Positions 53,548 to 57,174 of a DNA stretch of 57,174 nucleotides are shown one piece after another. The notes under the pieces are model-generated. The model did not search any database, had not been told where the DNA came from, and saw nothing but the letters and a program-made list of their open reading frames with translations. Numbering within the stretch: the first letter of the stretch is position 1; each line of letters begins with the position of its first letter. The position numbers and the translations under genes were made by a program. Source of the stretch: a virus. Its lineage: Duplodnaviria; Caudoviricetes. The stretch covers positions 1 to 57,174 of IMG/VR virus record IMGVR_UViG_3300049995_000009; one strand, 5' to 3'.

Positions 53548-56100
53548 ATGTCCCAACAGGTAGCAAGTCTCTATGCCTCAATAGGTCTTGAGGGCGCAAC
53601 CACCGTCAAGCAAGGACTCGCGGATGTCAAGGGCGAGATGGGCGCGACTCAAAAAGCATCCGGCGGCGTGGGCGGTGCATTAACAGAATTAACGGGCATC
53701 CTAAAATATGTCACGGTGGGCGCAGCGGCCTTCGGCGGGGCCTGGAAAGTTGCGATGGATTTTGGTAAGCAAGGCGCGACGATCATGCAACTCAATTCCT
53801 CATTTGAACAAATGATGGGTTCCGCTGAGAAGGCCGCCGCCGCCGAACAGGCATTAGGCCGGGCCGTCAACAACACCATGACGGGCGAGCAAATCGAGGC
53901 GTCCATACTGAGGATGTTGACGGGGGCCGAAGGTGTATTCGCCGATAAAGTCAAGGCGAATTCCGTCTCCCTATTTGAGATGGCGGCGGCTTCTGCAAAA
54001 ATAAATCCCACGCTAGGTAGCACAAATGACATACTCCAGGCAATGGCCCAATCGCTTGAGATGGGCACGACGCGCGGCTTGAAACGGATGGGCATTGTCA
54101 TAGATCAATCAAAAGCAGAAACGGAATATGCCGCCAGCATCGGAAAAACAAAGGATCAATTGTCAGAGGAGGAGCGCAAGGTTGCAGTTCTGAATGGCGC
54201 ACTGGAATATCATGATACCTTATTGAGACAGGCAGGCGGTTCGACCGAGAATCTGATTGACCCATTCAAGCGATTAGAAACTGCCGTAGAGGAAACAGGC
54301 GACAAACTCAAAACACTTCTTGCGCCTGGCTTGGCTAATGCAGCGGAAGCGGCGGCGCTCTTGATTACATGGAACGATAGGTTATCGGCGGCTCAAAAAG
54401 AACACGCCGGAATCGTATTAGAAACCTCGGCATCTTATGAAGAATACATAGCGGAAATTGCCCGCGCGCAAGGTGTGCTAGTTGAACAGATTGACGCAGA
54501 AGGAAATCTAACTGATTCAACAAACGGAATGGGAGCAACTCAAAAGAGAAGCATCGCCGTCAGCCGAGAACAATATGATATTCAGCGTCAAGTGGCAGAA
54601 TCAACAAAAAGTCAAAGTCAGGCTATTGATCGTGCCGCCGAAGGACTCATCGGGTATAACACGAATGTAAAACAAGTCGCATTGTCAACAGAAGAACTAA
54701 AGAAGCAAACAGAAGACCTCCAAAAAGCCTATCAAGCCTATACTGCGGATATCGTCGGCAGTATAGATAAAACATTCAAGGCAAATGATGCACAAGCGGC
54801 TTACAATGCACAAATGAAAGATTCCCGCACTGAAATTGCCAAACTGGAAGCCGAAAATGCAAAACTCGCAAAGTCAAACGGCGTCGTGATACCGCTTTCC
54901 ATGAAGGGATTAGAGGATGCCTATGTCCATCTTGGAAAGGCAATGGACGATCAAAAGAAACATCAGGCGGGCGCAACTGCCGAGGTAGCAAAATGGGATG
55001 CGGTCATCAAAGGCACGGGGCCGAAGCAATATATTGACAACAGTAAAGAAATTCAAAAGAATAAAGAAAAGATTCTGGAACTGAAAAAAGCCGAAGCAGA
55101 ACGCGCGGAGGAGCACAATAAAGCATCGAAACAGATTATACTCGACACCATCAAAGAACGCTTTGCGGTCGGGGGTTGGACAGAACAGGAACTTACATCC
55201 TATTCCCAGGTCGCCGTCAATATGGGATTAATGACCAAGCAACAGGCGGCACAAGCACTGGCACAGGCTGCAATCAATAAAGCATATGATGAGGGTACAA
55301 TATCGGCAGGAGACTATGCAAAGGCGATGCAAGATACCTACAAGGCAGAACCGACGGCGGACAATAAACCGGGTAGAGATAGTAAATTCTACATGAAGAA
55401 TAAGAGCGACGTAGAATCAGTCAACAAGACCTATATAGACGGCTCAAAGTCAATTGCAGAATATACCGCCTCTCTGCAAAAATCCTATGAACCTGCTGAT
55501 AAGGTGGCTAAGGCACAGAAGGAAATCGGCAAAGATACTGACGTCGTTATCACGTCATTTAATATGCTGTCTGCCGTAACTCTGCCGGGATCGTGGGATA
55601 AGTTTAATAAAACAGCATTGGCGGCATGGGGTCTTGCAAATGCACTCGCAGCAGTCCAGTCAGGAGAGGATATTAATATTACGGTTAGAGGCGGCGGGAA
55701 TATTCCTGGGGGCGGAGGCGGCGCTACTACAGGCGGGGGCGGCTCCACAACTGGCGGAGGCGGCGCTACTACTACAACTACTACCAGAACAACGAGCGGA
55801 GGCAAGAGGGCAATCGGCGGCCCCGTGATGGCAGGCGTATCCTATATCGTCGGAGAACCGGGATCAGGGCCAGAACTTTTCATTCCAGACGTATCGGGAA
55901 GAATAATTCCCAATCGAGAACTGCAACAAAGCGTAACCGGAGCAACGGGGGGAAGTAGTATCTATATCGCGCCGGGGGCAATCAATGTCAATGCCGCTCC
56001 GGGCCAAAATGCGAAACAGATAGCCGATGCCGTAATAGTTGCATTGGCGGCCAGGGCACGCGCTTATCGCCAGTCCAATATAGGAGCATTGAGACTATGA
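53548..56100 (+). CDS. Tape measure protein
   Basis: 850-aa Ala-rich helical protein; C-terminal RAIGGPV...YIVGE..GPELFIP. Confidence 0.9.
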   Translation: MSQQVASLYASIGLEGATTVKQGLADVKGEMGATQKASGGVGGALTELTGILKYVTVGAAAFGGAWKVAMDFGKQGATIMQLNSSFEQMMGSAEKAAAAEQALGRAVNNTMTGEQIEASILRMLTGAEGVFADKVKANSVSLFEMAAASAKINPTLGSTNDILQAMAQSLEMGTTRGLKRMGIVIDQSKAETEYAASIGKTKDQLSEEERKVAVLNGALEYHDTLLRQAGGSTENLIDPFKRLETAVEETGDKLKTLLAPGLANAAEAAALLITWNDRLSAAQKEHAGIVLETSASYEEYIAEIARAQGVLVEQIDAEGNLTDSTNGMGATQKRSIAVSREQYDIQRQVAESTKSQSQAIDRAAEGLIGYNTNVKQVALSTEELKKQTEDLQKAYQAYTADIVGSIDKTFKANDAQAAYNAQMKDSRTEIAKLEAENAKLAKSNGVVIPLSMKGLEDAYVHLGKAMDDQKKHQAGATAEVAKWDAVIKGTGPKQYIDNSKEIQKNKEKILELKKAEAERAEEHNKASKQIILDTIKERFAVGGWTEQELTSYSQVAVNMGLMTKQQAAQALAQAAINKAYDEGTISAGDYAKAMQDTYKAEPTADNKPGRDSKFYMKNKSDVESVNKTYIDGSKSIAEYTASLQKSYEPADKVAKAQKEIGKDTDVVITSFNMLSAVTLPGSWDKFNKTALAAWGLANALAAVQSGEDINITVRGGGNIPGGGGGATTGGGGSTTGGGGATTTTTTRTTSGGKRAIGGPVMAGVSYIVGEPGSGPELFIPDVSGRIIPNRELQQSVTGATGGSSIYIAPGAINVNAAPGQNAKQIADAVIVALAARARAYRQSNIGALRL

Positions 56101-57174
56101 CAACCACTGCACCCGTTTTGAAACTAACCAAGGGATCGCGCTCGCTAAACCTGAACAGTGGACGATACAAGATCGGCATTAATTTCACGCCGCCCATTGC
56201 GGAACTTGTCTCGCAATATTCCGGCGCTATCAGTGCAAACCGAACCGGCGGCGCATCCCTAGTTGGGCAATTTGCAACCAATCGCAATTTCTCCTTTGAC
56301 GTTGAGGTATCCGGCAGCAGCGAGGCAGAAATTCGGCGCGGCCTGCAAGACGTGGCGACATTCTTGACCTGGGCAGGCGATGAATCCGACCCGCTTTATT
56401 TAGAGTACAGCCCGAACAGCGACACGCCAGAACCGCTCTGGGGCAACTATGGAACAAATCTTCGGTATGAAATCTTGGACGGGACGATAACACCAGATAC
56501 ACTTTACATGACCGCAGACCTGCGCGGCGACACATTGCCCAAATGCCGCATCTCGCTGACCATCAAGCCGTTCGCGCTCGGAAAGAAACAGCGGCTTGCA
56601 AGCGCGATGGGAACCATAACGCAGGATATTACCGGAACGACAGACGGCATATCGCGCGGCGTTATCATCGGAACGTCTACCATTACACAAGAATCTATAA
56701 AACTGCTGACGGCGGCTGATACATTCGACGACACGGCGGGTGCGATTCGGGTTTGTTTTACGCCCAATGCAAATAGCGGCTCGTCAACACAATATTTCTT
56801 TGATACGACAGACGCGGTACATCCCGGGGCACTTCAGGGCTATCTTGACGACGGGACAATTTATCTTATTGGCGGGGGCGCTTCGATCAGTGGCGCTTTA
56901 TCCTGGAGTGCCAATAATAAGATCGTAACTCATTTCACGTGGGGGCCAAGTGGATTGGCAATCTACAATAACGGGACAGTTGTTGTAACAGGGGCATCAT
57001 ATACCGAGGGAACCGCCGGGACAAGTATTTATGTCGGCAGTGATCATTTGCCACTCAACAAACTCTTGGCAACCATCAACGATTTTGCGATTTTCGATTC
57101 GCAACTCACCGCCACGCAAGTCCTGAACGACTACACGAATATCGCGCCCATCATGGCGGATGGGCAGCGCGTTG
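56097..57174 (+). CDS. Distal tail protein with a LamG-like domain (truncated by window end)
   Basis: ATGA-coupled to the tape measure; MTTTAPVLKLTKGSRSLNL...; late TWG....IY.NG...IYVG...FAIFDSQLT pattern. Confidence 0.7.
   Translation, partial: MTTTAPVLKLTKGSRSLNLNSGRYKIGINFTPPIAELVSQYSGAISANRTGGASLVGQFATNRNFSFDVEVSGSSEAEIRRGLQDVATFLTWAGDESDPLYLEYSPNSDTPEPLWGNYGTNLRYEILDGTITPDTLYMTADLRGDTLPKCRISLTIKPFALGKKQRLASAMGTITQDITGTTDGISRGVIIGTSTITQESIKLLTAADTFDDTAGAIRVCFTPNANSGSSTQYFFDTTDAVHPGALQGYLDDGTIYLIGGGASISGALSWSANNKIVTHFTWGPSGLAIYNNGTVVVTGASYTEGTAGTSIYVGSDHLPLNKLLATINDFAIFDSQLTATQVLNDYTNIAPIMADGQRV

Noticed and set aside
55690-55805. GGC-rich tract as a second GGY array
   Set aside because: Period 3, in frame, encoding the Gly/Thr linker of the tape measure.
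1-57174. Stop-codon reassignment, tRNA genes, diversity-generating retroelement or IS element
   Set aside because: Core genes are intact in code 11 and use all three stops. I recognised no cloverleaf with T-loop consensus, reverse transcriptase or transposase by eye; tRNAscan-SE would be needed to exclude tRNAs fully.

Overview
The window is an almost complete temperate siphovirus-type phage genome. It starts in the 3' end of one tail gene and ends inside the distal-tail gene, so it is linearised within the tail module rather than at an att site. The host is probably Chloroflexota (inferred from protein style only). Layout: leftward early/replication arm (0.5-12.3 kb: RusA, helicase loader/inhibitor, Rmf-like protein, replication initiator, SSB-like protein), CI/Cro-like switch (12.0-12.9 kb), large serine integrase (14.2-15.8 kb), then a rightward late arm with holins, a metallophosphoesterase, a C39-like lysin, a ParB-MTase/radical SAM pair, terminase and portal, a ~10 kb nonulosonic-acid/branched-sugar cluster (NeuB, NeuC, SDR, TPP enzyme, two radical SAM/SPASM), head genes, glycosyltransferases and tail genes. 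The best candidate for an unusual system is at 19057-19887: a stand-alone Cas7/RAMP-like gene followed at once by a non-coding array of three guide-like units of 13-14 GGY-NN pentamers, separated by a conserved TGAATCA-N4/5-TGATTCA hairpin. Other notable signals: a recurring A(C/T)AACTGAATAT box plus covarying terminator hairpins (possible antitermination system), a portal gene with a 47-codon block out of canonical order, a tail-tube paralogue fused to a fibre-like region, and several structured leaders. All family assignments come from motif recognition by eye; no database search was run.
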